In this document: piece after piece, positions 35,828 through 48,800 of the stretch
Position numbering within the stretch: the stretch's first letter is position 1
Layout of the letters: each line of letters begins with the position of its first letter
DNA from: Octopus sinensis
Lineage: Eukaryota
Direction: 5' to 3'
DNA: 64,000 nt
Assembly: GCF_006345805.1 (NCBI RefSeq)
Contig: NC_043020.1
Location: 28,582,001-28,646,000, forward strand
Notes under the pieces: generated by a model
Seen by the model: only the letters and a program-made list of their open reading frames with translations
Databases searched by the model: none
What the model was told of the DNA's origin: nothing
Program-made: the position numbers and the translations under genes

Positions 35828-37724
35828 TTAAGTTCTATAGTAAATAAATGTCTTATAGTTAAGTGGATGTGTAAGGACTAGTTGAGTGAAAATACCTTAC
35901 TTGTAAAACAAGTGAAGTTTTATGACAAAAAGCACATCCAGCTATAGATCTATCTTCATAAGTTTTGTCTAACCTAAACACAAGCAACTCTTTTTGAGAA
36001 GTGGGCCACATGAGATATGGCTCTTCATCAGACAAGATGTGTTATTAAAACACTAAAACAGTTCATGATAAGTTTTCATTCGGCTTGTCATTCAGGAAAT
36101 CCTGCCAGTTAGAACTGGTTGTTAGAACTGGTCTAACCCATGAAAGCTTGAGAAAATGGACATAAAAACAGTGATGATAGTATGATATAGGATATTGCTG
36201 GAACGGTTCCAATATTTTCATGCTTAGTTTTCACATCGTTTCCAGCTAATATGACCTGTTCTTTCACAGTGTCTCAGCTTTCTTGTGTAGCTCCATGGGC
36301 AGGTAAAATTAATAAAAGGTGTGGCTAAATAGTTCTTGTAACCAGATCCTACAAATGTTTGTGTTGTTTGTAATTGTTGGATACCAGAAGGTACGAGATT
36401 CGTTAGTGTCAGATAGGATGTCTTGTGATATTTGTTTGTACTCTGTAATCTGAGTTCAAATCCTGCTCTGTTTACCTTTGCCTTTCATCCTTCTGGAAGT
36501 GATTAAAATGTATGGAATCATAGAGGTTGGATTGGCAGAACTATAAGAACATTAGATCAGTGTCTGGCACTGTTTGTCTCGGCTACCTGCATTCTGATGA
36601 CAATATCTGCATTAGCTCTGCATTAATGTTTTGCTGTGGGTGACATGGAAAATTGGGGACTTTTGTGTATGGACGGCTGCTAGTTTCCCTTTACCTATGC
36701 CTGCTCTTTGGAAAAATTTACCAGGTGCAGAAATACATTCTTAACCACAACTGACAGGGTCACTTTATATTCCAATATAGGTGTTATTTGAGCTTTGTTG
36801 AGATGAGCTCCTGATCAACCCTTAGCGGTTTTAGATATGTTGTTCATTGTTGCAGAGTGTGAGGTACATTGACATGTGTTGATTGTGTCTGAAGGTAAAT
36901 TGATATTCATGGCCTTGTTTTAATGGTTGTTGAGGTCTGTTCATAAAGGCAGTGCAAGGTGGCCATCAATTGTTTAGGTTGCATGTGGCTGACACTCTTT
37001 TACAGAATGTTAAGGAGTGTTTGTGGTTTTTGTTAGAATCGACAGCAAGTAGACTGTTATTGTTTAGAATGAAAAGTGTGGGAGACATATCCAAACCACA
37101 TTTTTTTCATAAATTATATTAGATCTTTGTGCAGAGAGAAGGATTGGAGCTCGCTGTGGAGGTCACCCTAAAAGTAGGATGTTAGTGGTTGCTTGTTGAG
37201 TTAGAGTTTTAATACTTGGCAACTGTGTCAATGGGATGAGACTAGTGATGAAGTGTTTAGGAATTTTTATTTGTGTGTAGTTAACACAGGGGTAAAGGCT
37301 AAAGATCCCCTTCAGTCATGAATTACCATGGGATTGCACCTAGAAAGTTCCCCTCCATTATTCTGTAAAGCTTGAAAAAAATAAAAGAACCTACATATAT
37401 GTTTCAGTCCTATCCCTTAGTTGATCAGAATTTCTAAGCATATGGGGTAGGACTTCTTCAGGGTTATTATGAGCTTATGGAACTTGAAGGATGCATACAG
37501 AGTAAGGGTCCTAACGCTATGTAGTTAGAAAATGGTACTTTTCTTAATATTTAACCAAATGCTTAGAATTTCTGATTAACTAGAGGATAAGACTGAAACA
37601 TATGTCTAGGTTTTTTTTATTTTTCTCAAGCTTTACAACTTGTAATCAATTAATTTGTACTGTTATGTTTTTTAAAAGAAATTTTCAATATTTTATGACA
37701 TAACTATGGCCTATGCTAGTGCAA

Positions 37725-38235
37725 CATAACCAGCCCATTTAAGAGTACCCGTCAATCATTGGGCAATAAACTGCGCTTGCAAAGACATGTTGAGGCAAGT
37801 GAAGTCATTGTCATGGCCAATGACAGTACCGCCTATTTGGCACCCGTGCAGGCGGCATGTAAAAGGCACCATTCGAGCGTGGTTGATGCCTGTACGGGCT
37901 GAATGGTCCCGTGACAGTGGCATGTAAAAAGCACCATTCGAGCATGGTTGTTGCCAGTGCCGCCTGACTGGCACGTGTACTGGTAGCTTGTAAAAAACAC
38001 CATTCATGGATGGCTGATGCCAGTAACGCCTGACTGACCCTCGTGCCGGTGGCACGTAAAAAGCTCCCACTACACTCTCAGAGTGGTTGGTATTAAGAAG
38101 GGCATCAGGCTGTAGAAACTTTGCCAGATCAGATTGGAGCCTAGTGCAGCCTTCTGGCTCGCCAGCCCTCAGTCAAACTGTCCAACCCATGCAGCATGGA
38201 AAGCGGATGTTAAGTGACAATGATGATGATGATAA
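37725..38235 (+). mobile_element. Family C retroposon with long 5' part and about 4-5 tandem units
   Basis: 5' part shared with 49920-50277; conserved tail. Confidence 0.85.
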
Positions 38236-38393
38236 TCCATTTTTTTCTCCATTTTCTGTTCCTCCAATATTGATAATGTATAATTTCAATAATCCTTAAC
38301 ATATACCAGTGACTTTCACATTATATGATAGAGATTAACCAGTGAAATATCTTGGATTATATATTCCCTAATGAGGATATAACTTCCTTGAAT

Positions 38394-38438
<45 letters not shown>

Positions 38439-38649
38439 AATTACAGCGTGGAAGGTGTTTATAAGCATTTAAAAACCCACAAAATCCATTAGATTCACTT
38501 CAACATTTAATTTGCCAAAATATTTTTGCCGCTTCGAGACCGCGACCTGTTCACTGACAAAATTCCATGCTGCATCTGAGAAAATAACAGTTCATGATAT
38601 ATATATATATGTGTATACCTAACATTTAGCTGCTCTTTTGGCTACCTGC

Positions 38650-38915
38650 TATAATTCTCGTATATATTCTTGTATGTGTTACCATTTCCTTGCATCAACA
38701 CCATCTGATGGTTATAAATGAGTACCACCATCATGTAAGGGGTGCCTTTTGTTTCCAATCTTCTGCGAAAACATATCAGGTCATGGGAGAAATATTCACC
38801 TTAGTTGCAAACAGGTGAGGATGAGCAACAGGAAAGGCGTCCAGCCATAGAAAATCCTTCTCAACATTCTGTCCCACCCATGCAAGCTTGGAAAAGTGGA
38901 TGCTAAAATGATGCT
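38650..38915 (+). mobile_element. Related RTE-tailed retroposon (family E)
   Basis: ggaaacaggtgagg...acaggaagggc.tccagcc.tagaaa...cccatgcaagc.tggaaaagtgga tail; also at ~47300-47560, 24140-24420 (-), 56480-56640 (-), 60520-60700 (-) and 63425-63700. Confidence 0.7.
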
Positions 38916-40721
38916 GGCAATTTGACTTCATCGTTTTGAATTGCTTCAGAAAAAGAGGAAAGCTGTCACCATTATTTTGATCCCTTGTAAGTAATAATCC
39001 AATTTTAAATCAGTGGTTATAAGTGGGTTTCTCAAAACCAGTTATTGCTGAGGCAGTCGTGAACTGAAGGAGAAGTGGATATAGAATTCTGTGCCAATTA
39101 ATAGGGGAGGTTCCCAAAGAATCAGCTACAGGTATAGGTGGTTTACTCCACCTGGCAGCAAGTTTCTGCTGGAAAACATCTTCCTGTACCCTCTGGTAAA
39201 CAGTAGCATTTCACAAGGGAACCTTCAGTTGGAAGCAGTGCATTGACAATCATCACCAAAGTAGACGCCAAGGCTGAATACTTGCAACAAAAGGATCTTT
39301 ACTAAAGATACTGCAGGGTTTTCCCTGCTATGGGGTGTGTATACAGGTCTGAAACCTGTTATGTGCTGTATAGACAAGTCTCTGTCTGTTATGGAATGTG
39401 TTCACAAGTTTCTGTCTGTATTGGGTGTCTATGCAAGCCTTTGTAAATGGGGAGTGCTTAGGGTTTATTACACTAGTTTCCATGACAATTAGGTATGTCT
39501 ATAGAAATTGCCGTCCATTTATGCAGCTATCACTATCTGTTACAGTATCTGCGTGTGTATATCGTTTGTGTATCATTAAACTGTTGTAACCTAGTAAAAG
39601 CAGGGGGGGGGGTATTGGTTTTTGCAATCTGTCAATTTATGCAATAGAAGCTTCTGTTTACCTGTGAGTAAAGGGAGGTATGTATTACTCTAGCAACATT
39701 CCCCTAATAATATTTCTCTTTGTGTTGTAAATAGGTCACCCTAGTCACCATAGCGTGCAACTTGATCCACGAAGATTTAGAGTGGGGGTTGGGTGGAGAA
39801 AGAAACCCTTTGATTTTTTAGGCAGGGCCATGAGTGGTTGCCTAATTTAAAATCTTAATATGGGTTTGGGACATTTGTGTCTCCAAATTGAACTGTGTCA
39901 GGTCCCGGGCTGCCTTGCCAATGTAGCAGCAATCAACACAACCGAGAACTAGTTACGCAGATTTATTATAGCGCAACACCGATAAATTGCTAAGCTGAAT
40001 GTTGTAATGAGAAATGTTATTCTGGGGAGCGGTCGTTAGGTGGCAAGTCAGCATAATGCCTGCAGTCAGTGTTGATAAACTTGTTAACGAGAGCAGTAGT
40101 AGCGCATTGTGCTGTTAAGCAATTAAATAGATCTGATGAAGCATGCATTATTATTATTATTGTGACAAGTTACTCTGCAAGTTTCATTGACAATAGGGTT
40201 CAAAGATGATTGTTTGTTGGTCCTGGAGTAAGTTCTGAGATTTATAACATTTGGGTTTACCAATCCTTTTATTTTATGCTTTTAGTGATTAAATGTAAAT
40301 GTTTTAAAATGTATTCACTAAGTTGGTGACTAAACTGGGTTTGTGGTGTTAAATGATAGAAAAAAAAAAGTCTCCGTTTTGATTGGACAACAATCTATCT
40401 TAGATACTATTGTGTTTATTGTCAACACCTAGGTACACTAAGGCAAGTGCTGCTCAGATAACTAACAATATGTTGATACGGAGATAGGATCTGAGCTATT
40501 TATTGTTTACTAATAACCAATGATGAGATTACTGCCTAATCAAGATAGGCATAAAATACAAGTTCGATATTTGATATATAGGCAGTTAAAGTAATCATGA
40601 TTTTGCTCTCTCTTTCTATCTATCTAACTCTCTCTCTCTCTCTATATATATATATAAGAATTTTTTGCGTAATAAGATAAAAAAACCAAGGGTGTATAGA
40701 TATTAGAGCATTTATAGATAG

Positions 40722-40773
40722 GTCTTACAGCTGTTTCTAGGATATTTATTAATAATATCCCTTCATCGGAGAC
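40722..40773 (-). ncRNA. Minimal type I hammerhead motif (Penelope-like terminal repeat), variant core
   Basis: On -: GTCT-CCGATGA-AGGGATATT-attaata-AATATCCTA-GAAAC-AGCT-GTA-AGAC. U4 is replaced by C and 10.1/11.1 is an A.A mismatch. Confidence 0.6.
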
Positions 40774-41284
40774 AGTGTGTGAGGAAAGTTAAGTCATAGT
40801 TTAGATGTGATATATGTATATATATATATGTGTGTGTGTGATTATCTGTAAGGCTGGAGATGGGAGTGATGACCTCCCTCACAAACTATACGGACACAGA
40901 CTGTGTGTCGTTAGTCAGCTGGGAAAGATGTTTTCCTGGGACTAAAACAACAGTAACATCGTCCTTTATAGGACTACCACATTCTGTTGGCAAATAAGCT
41001 TTACTATATATATTTATATATTTATGTATATAATGAAATTGCAGACAGTCTGTAGCTAAAGGTTGGGAAAGCACTGGGTGTGATTTTGTTTGATAATCAT
41101 TTCAAATTTACACAATAGTGAGAAAATGGCTGATATGAAAGAGATTGGATGATGTGTGCAGGTGAGGGAACTATTTTAGAGTGGAACATGGCATACATAT
41201 AGGATTTGTACATTCTGGGTGTTGACGTAAGTTGACACTAGAACTTTGTTTTATATAATTTGTTCTACATTGGCATTCATGTCA

Positions 41285-41661
41285 TCTCTATATAAAGCTG
41301 AAGTTGTCTGTGTGTGGCAGGTTTGGTAGCCTTCAACTAACACTATCTCCTCCAAGACCCTGCGGTGCAAGTTGACCAAGATTGAGAGTATGATAGAAGA
41401 AGGCTTGCTCTTCCTTCCGTAGAAGAAAAAATTCAAATCGGTCCATGTTAACATCAAAAATTATTTATATCAAAAAGGTGCTTTTATTTCTATGAAAATC
41501 CCTATTTTTTACTGCTGTGTCGCCATTTTTCAGTGTATTTCAACCAGAAAAATGTTCACTTAAAGAGAATAACAAGGTACATAATGCAAAATTTTTACTT
41601 TTCAACAATTTCAATTCTAAAGGGTCGAAACAAACCCTAGCAATGGGTTTGATACTGCTAG
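41285..41661 (+). mobile_element. Complete non-autonomous Helitron (377 bp)
   Basis: A|TC...CTAG|T insertion; subterminal hairpin CAAACCC-tagcaat-GGGTTTG 6 nt before CTAG. Confidence 0.9.
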
Positions 41662-42200
41662 TTCATTTTAAAATAATAAATTTCATGCTATGGATGTCAC
41701 ATAAATTTTACATAAATTTCAAAAGTGATACTTCATAATACATTTTCTGGAAAAAAAAGGAAGAAGAAAAAATCTCAAAGCAATCATATCTTGCCAGGAA
41801 GAAGAGAAAACAACTGGATTTCACTGGTTACTGATAACAAGGGGGGCAGAGAAGAAATGAATTTGAACTACAGGTGGGATATTTGTTAATTTATTTATTT
41901 GTGTCAACCGACTGCTGCTGCTGCTGCTGAGCTGTTTTCAAGAGACAAAGCCTGGTGAAGATGTTTTCTCATGAAAATCATGTGTCCTACAAGGACATCC
42001 ATAGTGGTTATCTGTCAGCAGATTAAAATTATCCCATCACTATTGTCATCACGTGGTCAGACTCAGCCGAAATGGATTCACACTTGTTTCAATTCTTTAA
42101 TTCCTGTTATATCATGTCTAAGAGTTGTGGTACTTATCATTTCTTTTAATTAAAAATAAAATAAAATAAAATTGTACTCCTTTTTTTTTTTAAGTTTTAA

Positions 42201-42414
42201 CTCTTTAACATTTAAACTGGCCACATCTGACCCAAATATTCTTTCTGTTTTATGCTCAGGCCAGCCAGATCCAGTCTCTTGCGCCTACCCAATAATGGTC
42301 ATTCTAAAAACGGACAATCACCTCCCTGAAATCCTGAAGCTATTAAATAAAGCAGGATTTATTCAGAACAATGTGAATAAACAAATGTTACATTTGATAT
42401 TGAATGTTAAAGAA
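42201..42414 (+). mobile_element. piggyBac-type MITE, diverged
   Basis: TTAA flanks at 42197-42200 and 42415-42418; homology to 61955-62173. Confidence 0.7.
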
Positions 42415-42427
42415 TTAAACTTAGGTC

Positions 42428-42607
42428 CCCAAGCGGAACCCCAAGGAAACATTCCACTGGCTTGAGGAACCCCTGTGCAATAATTTAATAGTCTTATGCA
42501 TACATATCTGCACAGGAGAATTAAAAACTACTGCCGATTTTAGCAGTTTTGTAACTTCTTGCGGAACCCCTGGACTGTACTGGCGGAACCCTGGTTGAAA
42601 ACCACTG
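42428..42607 (+). mobile_element. hAT-type MITE, left end missing
   Basis: Near-identical to ~63790-63963; right TIR GGTTGAAAACCACTG. Confidence 0.8.
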
Positions 42608-44450
42608 GTCTTAACACACATAGACACATAAGTGCCAATCAGAAAAATAGATGAAAATTCATTGTGTTGAGGAAGGCATTAGAACCAGTAATTAAACAAA
42701 AATCCACTGAGGTTGACTTTGCCGTTCTTCCTTCTGGGGTTGATAAAATAGGTACCAGCTGAACACTTGGATTGAGATGTAAACCGCTTACCTCTTCCCC
42801 CCGAAATCACTGGCCTTGTGCCAAAATTTGAATCCAATATGCAATTGAGGCTGCAAAACCGACTCTCTTAGAAGAGTATTTGATTAAAAGACCTGAAGTT
42901 TATGGCTCAGACAACACAGACTGTACAAAAAGTTGATAGAGAGTAAGGGAGAGAGAAAGAGAGGGAGCTATTTCTGATGTCCAGTTGACAGATTTTAGTG
43001 TTGTTCTTTGTGTCAGTAATATTTTTGAGTGAAGGTGTTCTCGTATCTTCAGCTCACAGGATCCGTGTCTCCGAATTGTAAAACAATATCAAGTTTATGT
43101 AATACAACATTTGGTATGTTTGTATGAGCCCTGCCAAGTCACAAGAATAAGACCTCTCCAAACATCTATCAAGTCCTAGTGTCATCTTTTATTTTCTCAC
43201 CCAACTAAAACTTTGCTGTTACTATTACTACTACTACTACAAGCCAACTAGAAACTTTCTACTAGAAATAGTAGTCAAATTCCTCTTGGTCACACATGTC
43301 TTCATGTTCACTTTAGTCCACACTTTTCTGTGTTTGCATGGGTTGCGTGGAATTTTTTAAGGCAGAGTTTTTTGACTTTCCTGTCACCAAACTTCCTCCC
43401 TGAAGAGACCTGCTTTTTTAGATGATAGGAAACATGATGCCGCTTGTGTAAGGATTCACTCATCTACAACTATCAGACAATGTCAAAATGAAGAGGCATG
43501 TGCATGCACACTCACGACAGGTTTCTTTCAGTTTTCACTTATCAAATCCACTAACAAGGCTTTAGTTGGCCCAAGGTTATAGTAGAAGACATTTTCCTAA
43601 AGTGCTGCTCCGTGGAACTGAACCTAAAACTGTATAGTTGGGAAACAAGCTTCTTAACCACACAGCTGTGTCAGTGCCTAAAAGCTGTGCCTGTACCTAT
43701 GACCCTTTAAATAGGGATGGAAAGGTACATTGGATAGATTGTAATTTCTGTGATCAAGGTAGACGTGTCTTAACAACAATTACTACTACATGTAGCTTAG
43801 TTTATTACCGATTCATTCATCTCTGAATTGGGATAACATGGAACATTCAGTTGTGAACCATGTTACCCTGATCACAGATTGGTTTGTGGTAACATGGGTC
43901 AGCGATCGGTCAAAGATTCTGCTTGTGCCTCAGTGAGCACCCATAGTGCTTGGTTACCCAGAAAGCATTGATTATATCTCTTGTGTTTTACGTTACTGTG
44001 CTGCGAAGCCGTGTTTCTTTTTATACAGATTTTTCTTCTTGGACCCATCAACATTGGGGTCAGTGAACAGGAAAATACTAAGGCTCCTGATCATCACAAA
44101 TGATGCAGATGAGTGAATTCTTTACAGGAAAACGTTGAGATGATCAAGAAAAATATGTGATAGAAGTTTTGCTGCTGTGGGTGGCAAGTTTGGTGTCGAA
44201 TGAATAATCTACCATTCATTCTGTTTACTAAATATGTGATGATTCATTTCTTATGATGTATTTTTGGAACCCAATCCCCCCATGATAGACAAGGATATAC
44301 ATGTTTCATGATAACTAATAAAAAGTTGGCAGAGTCTTCAGGAGGGTACAGGTATTTGGTGCAATGGAAGATCTACTCTTGAGAAAATGACTGTTAGATT
44401 ATAAGTTAGCATTACAGAAACTACAACCTGATACTGCTATGAGCTAAGTT

Positions 44451-44982
44451 AGTCGGTTCTCTCCATGCCATGAGGCACATAAGGCTGCAGCAGAATCTTT
44501 CCAACCAGCTCTGTTTTCTGCCATTCATCTGGTCTCGTTCCAATTCCTTCACAATTCTTGTTTCCTTTCCTTGTCAGTGATCCTTCACCGTGTGGTTTTA
44601 CGGTGCCTCGATGCTCTTCTCCCCCTCAGGCTGCCACTTTTGTGCCATCATAGAATCGCTTTCTTGGTCTTGTCCGAGGACGTTTCCAATCCATTCCCAG
44701 CATCTGGATCTTCATCACTGATCCTGTTGACGCTTGTTATCGTCTCGGTTGTGTCATTTCAGATTCTTTGCGGATACTTGATGTCGAGTATTCTCCTTAA
44801 GCATTCTACAATCAGACAAAGAAGCAAAGTTAGAGGCTGCAAAACAAAGCTGAAACTGTTCAAGACATTGGTCCGACCAGTGTTACTCTACGGATGTAAA
44901 AACTGGAAAGTAACAAAAATGGAAGGAAAAAACAATGGACAGTTGCCACTTCACATGCTTAAGGAGAATACTCAACATGAAG
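44451..44982 (-). mobile_element. RTE LINE 3' insertion with an inverted 5' segment
   Basis: - part reads CLRRILDIKYPQRI...WEWIGNVL...WQPEG; + part 44811-44982 reads KTKLKLFKTLVRPVLLYGC. Confidence 0.85.
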
Positions 44983-45569
44983 AATAAGAGGCTAAAGTAA
45001 TAAAGGTTACAATTCACCATAAAAGTGTTGACATTGTTCCATAGTCTCAAGAATCAGGTCTGATTTAAAAAACAAAGTTTAATTAGTAAATAATATTTTT
45101 ATTCTCTTTATGGCTGGGCTGTTAAGAAGCCTTTTTGCAACTGCATGGTTTCGGGTTCAATTCAATTGCATGGCACCTTGGGTAATTGTCTTCTATTATA
45201 GGTCCTGGTTGACCAATGTCTTGTGGACAGAAACTGCATATAAGTCAATCGTATATGTGTATATCAGGTATATATGTATGTCCCCCACCATCACTTGACG
45301 ATCAGTATTGGTTTGGTTGTGTCCCTGTAACTTGGCAGTTCAGCAAAAGAGACAGAATAAGTACCAGTTGGGAAGCAAACTTTTTATGATAGCAGCCATG
45401 CCTCCACATGCACATGTGCAACAGGCCTCTTTCAGTTTTTATTTACCCAACTCTGACTCACAAGGCATTGGTTGACCTGGTGCTATAATAGAAGACGCTG
45501 CACAGTTGGGCTGAGACAACATGGTTGGGAAGCTAGCCATTCCTGTGTCTTGAAAATGACTGAGTAAAC

Positions 45570-45757
45570 CAGGGGTCCCCAAACTTTTTAGACCATTGGC
45601 CTCTTCACGGAATCCTCAACCCATTTATCAACCCCCAGGCATGTACAAGAAAATAAATAATAATAATAATAATAATTAAGTAGATGTGCATTTATTGACC
45701 CCTTGAATAGTCCCGTCGACTCCCAGGGTTTGATATCAACCACTGTGGAGACCCTTG
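45570..45757. mobile_element. hAT MITE (188 bp) with perfect 8-bp TSD
   Basis: GAGTAAAC|CAGGGGTCCCCA...TGGAGACCCTTG|GAGTAAAC. Confidence 0.9.
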
Positions 45758-47952
45758 GAGTAAACCTTTCAGGGTGGTGTCCCTTATGACCTCACACCAA
45801 ACAGCTAAGGCAACTAACAGAATAATAGGACATGGTTGTAGTGTAACTAATATGCTCACTCTTGTTTGGTTATGTTCTTATCAGATGGGTGCACGTCTGC
45901 ACCTAAACGAGATGGTCTGTAAACGAGTGATAATGAGTTCCAGTTTCATTATGTTAGACTAAGATAACCAACAACAACATGATGTGAATAAGTTGGATGA
46001 ATTACTGCTTAAATATGCCATGAATTATGAACTCGAGACCATTATATTCGTATTTTCGTTTTAGTATATGCTGTGCTGTTACTATGAAATGGTACTTAAG
46101 TGTTTTGAGTTAAAACTTCTCTTGAAGCAACCAGCTTTCTATTTAAAAAAAAGTGTGTGTGTGGGGTGGGGTTTAAACATAAATATGTGCTTGAGTGGGT
46201 GGAGTCCTCTATCAGTCCCCTTTGGCAAAGGGGATTGATATTTTATTGGATAATGTACTTATTTGGTGTGAATTGCTATTAGCTCCAGTAATAGATAAAA
46301 TATCAGCTTTGTGTATGTGTGTGTGTTTCCCAGCTAGATAGATTAAAACAAGTGGATTAATGCCTCTTAATAATAACACAAGTATCTGATTCTGTGATTG
46401 GTGGTGGTGGTAGTTTCATATATCTCTACCCCTATACCTCTTCGATTTGGGGGAAAGAGAAATAAATCTAAACAAGTGTTCGGCTGCTGCTGCTACTACT
46501 ACTACTGATGATGATGATTTCTTTTATTTGTCATTGGTGCGAAGGATGAGGGGGACAATACAAAGACAGACATAAGGTGTTGAGGTTTAATAATAATAAT
46601 AATAATAATCTTATTTGTGTTCATGTATCTGTGTGTTATTTCTTGAAAAGAAACCTGTTACAATTGTGATCTGCAAGTTGTTCTGAGAACTATTCTTCAC
46701 CTAATTTTCTATTTTGGGAAAGTTTATTTTTAAAATAGCTTGAAACAGAGGAATAAGGCCACCTGAACTATTTTAGTCATAAAGAAACTATTGGATACTG
46801 ACCCACAGTCTTACAGGTTAAATTATGAAGCTTTTTGTTGGTCTTTCTTTTCATTCTCTATTTATAGAGAATAGATACAGGTGTGACCTTGGGGTAAGAA
46901 ATCTACTTCCCAGCCACATGGTTTCGGGTTTTCAGTCTCACTTTGTGGCACCTTGGACAATGTCTTCTCCTATAGCCACCACCACCACCACCACTTGTGA
47001 ATGGATTTGGTAGTTGGAAAGTGAAAAAAAAAGCCATTTTGTGTGTGTGTGAGAATGTATTTGTCCTCCAACATTCTTTAACAACCAGTGTTGGTTTGTA
47101 TACATCCTATAACTTAGCAGTTTGGTATGAGACCAATAGGATGAGTTCTAGGGGTGACTCAGCCAACTAAAGTCCTTCAAGGTGGTGTCTGAACTGTGTG
47201 GCACTCAGGGCAAATGTCTTCTACTAAAGCCTTGTGAGTAAACTTGGTAGATGGAAGGGGGAGGAAGCCTGTTTGTGTGTGTGTCCCCGTCCATCCATGT
47301 CCGTGCCTTTGTCCCCTGGTTTTGACATCATGTGATCGTTGTAAAAGAGCATCACAATCGAACAAGCAGTTTTGTTCATTTGCAGTCTTTTGTGAAGAAT
47401 ATGTCTGGCCATGAGGGAAATATTACTTAGCTTAGAAACAGATGAGGTTTAGCAACAGGATGAGCCTTCAGCTGTAGAAACTCTGCCTCAACAAATTCCA
47501 TCCCTGACCCATGCAAACCTGGATAAGGGAATGTTAAAGCAATGACGATGATGATGCTAAAACATTGTTTTACATCTGGATATTCCTCTCCTTATTTCTC
47601 TTCTGTTTATCAAATTAAGGATTTTATTATCCCACTTTCTTTGAAAGCCCTGAGCTACAGGACAGTTTGTTGACAGAATCATCACCAATGTGTGCTGTCT
47701 TACTCAGTGCTATTTTCATGTGTGCACAAAACGTAAACATTTATGTATACACACATGCATACTTGCATATGATGGGCTTCCTCCAGTTTCTATCTATCAT
47801 ATTTCACTCACAAACCACAACCGAAGTAGAGGACAACAGCTGACTGTCACAGTGCAGTGGGAGCTAACTCTAAACTTTGTGGTTCTGAAGGGCACTTCTT
47901 AACCACACAGCCAGCCTGCACCTATGGATTTTATATCTAGATTTTTAATACT

Positions 47953-48340
47953 AGGCGCAGGAGTGGTTGTGTAGTAAGAAGCATGCTGCCCAACCACATG
48001 GTTCCGGGTTCAGTCCCACTGCGTGGCACCTTGGGCAAGTGTCTTCTACTATAGCCTCAAGCTGACCAAAGCTTTGTGAATGAATTTAGTTGACAGAAAC
48101 TGAAATAAGTCCATCAGATATGTGTGTGTGTATAATGTATTTGTGTGTCTGTATTTGTCCCCCACCATCGCTTTGACAACCAATGTTGATGTGTTTACGT
48201 CCCCATAACTTAGCAGTTTGGCAAAAGAGACCAATAGGATAAGTACTAGGCTTACAAAGAATAAATCCTGGGGGCGATTTGTTTGACTAAAGGCAGTGCT
48301 CTAGCATGGCTGCAGTCAAGTGACTGAAACAAGTAAAAGA
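47953..48340 (+). mobile_element. Full-length SINE family B
   Basis: aggcgcaggagtgg head through gactgaaacaagtaaaaga tail. Confidence 0.9.
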
Positions 48341-48534
48341 GTTAAAGAATCAAAATATTTGATCAGTAAAAATGTTGGGTTTAGTAGCAGTGTAACCTGT
48401 TCTATAGCAGAATCTATTCTGTAGTATAGTCTACTGTTATATTGTGCCATTTTCACTCTATGGGGCAAAAAGCTTGGTCTATGTATGCAGCAGTGGAGAA
48501 GATAGAAGCCTTTGAGATGTGAATCTTTTGTAGA

Positions 48535-48800
48535 TTGGACAGAACAAGCTGGGAAGTCAGGGTAACAAACACTGAAGTATTTAGAAAAACGAAAAGTCCA
48601 AGGACACCTTTTGTTGAGAATCAAGTCTACAAAGCTCTCCTATTTTGGACACACATTGCACCTGGAGCCACTGCCCAAGACCATCCTGACAGGAATTGTA
48701 GAGGTAAAGAAAGCAAGAGGTCCTTGAAGATGTATGTGAACTGACAACATCAAAAACCAGTGCCTGGCTGATTGTCTGCATGCAGCAACACAAAGGGAAT
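48535..48800 (+). mobile_element. Degenerate RTE (BovB-like) RT C-terminal fragment
   Basis: SWEVRVTNTEV...KLSYFGH...KTILTGIVE.KKARG motifs across frames. Confidence 0.65.

Noticed and set aside
38510-38566. Hammerhead-like variant CAGTGAA...CGAAG on the - strand
   Set aside because: Too many core deviations; probably a Penelope-type terminal repeat but not a supportable ribozyme.
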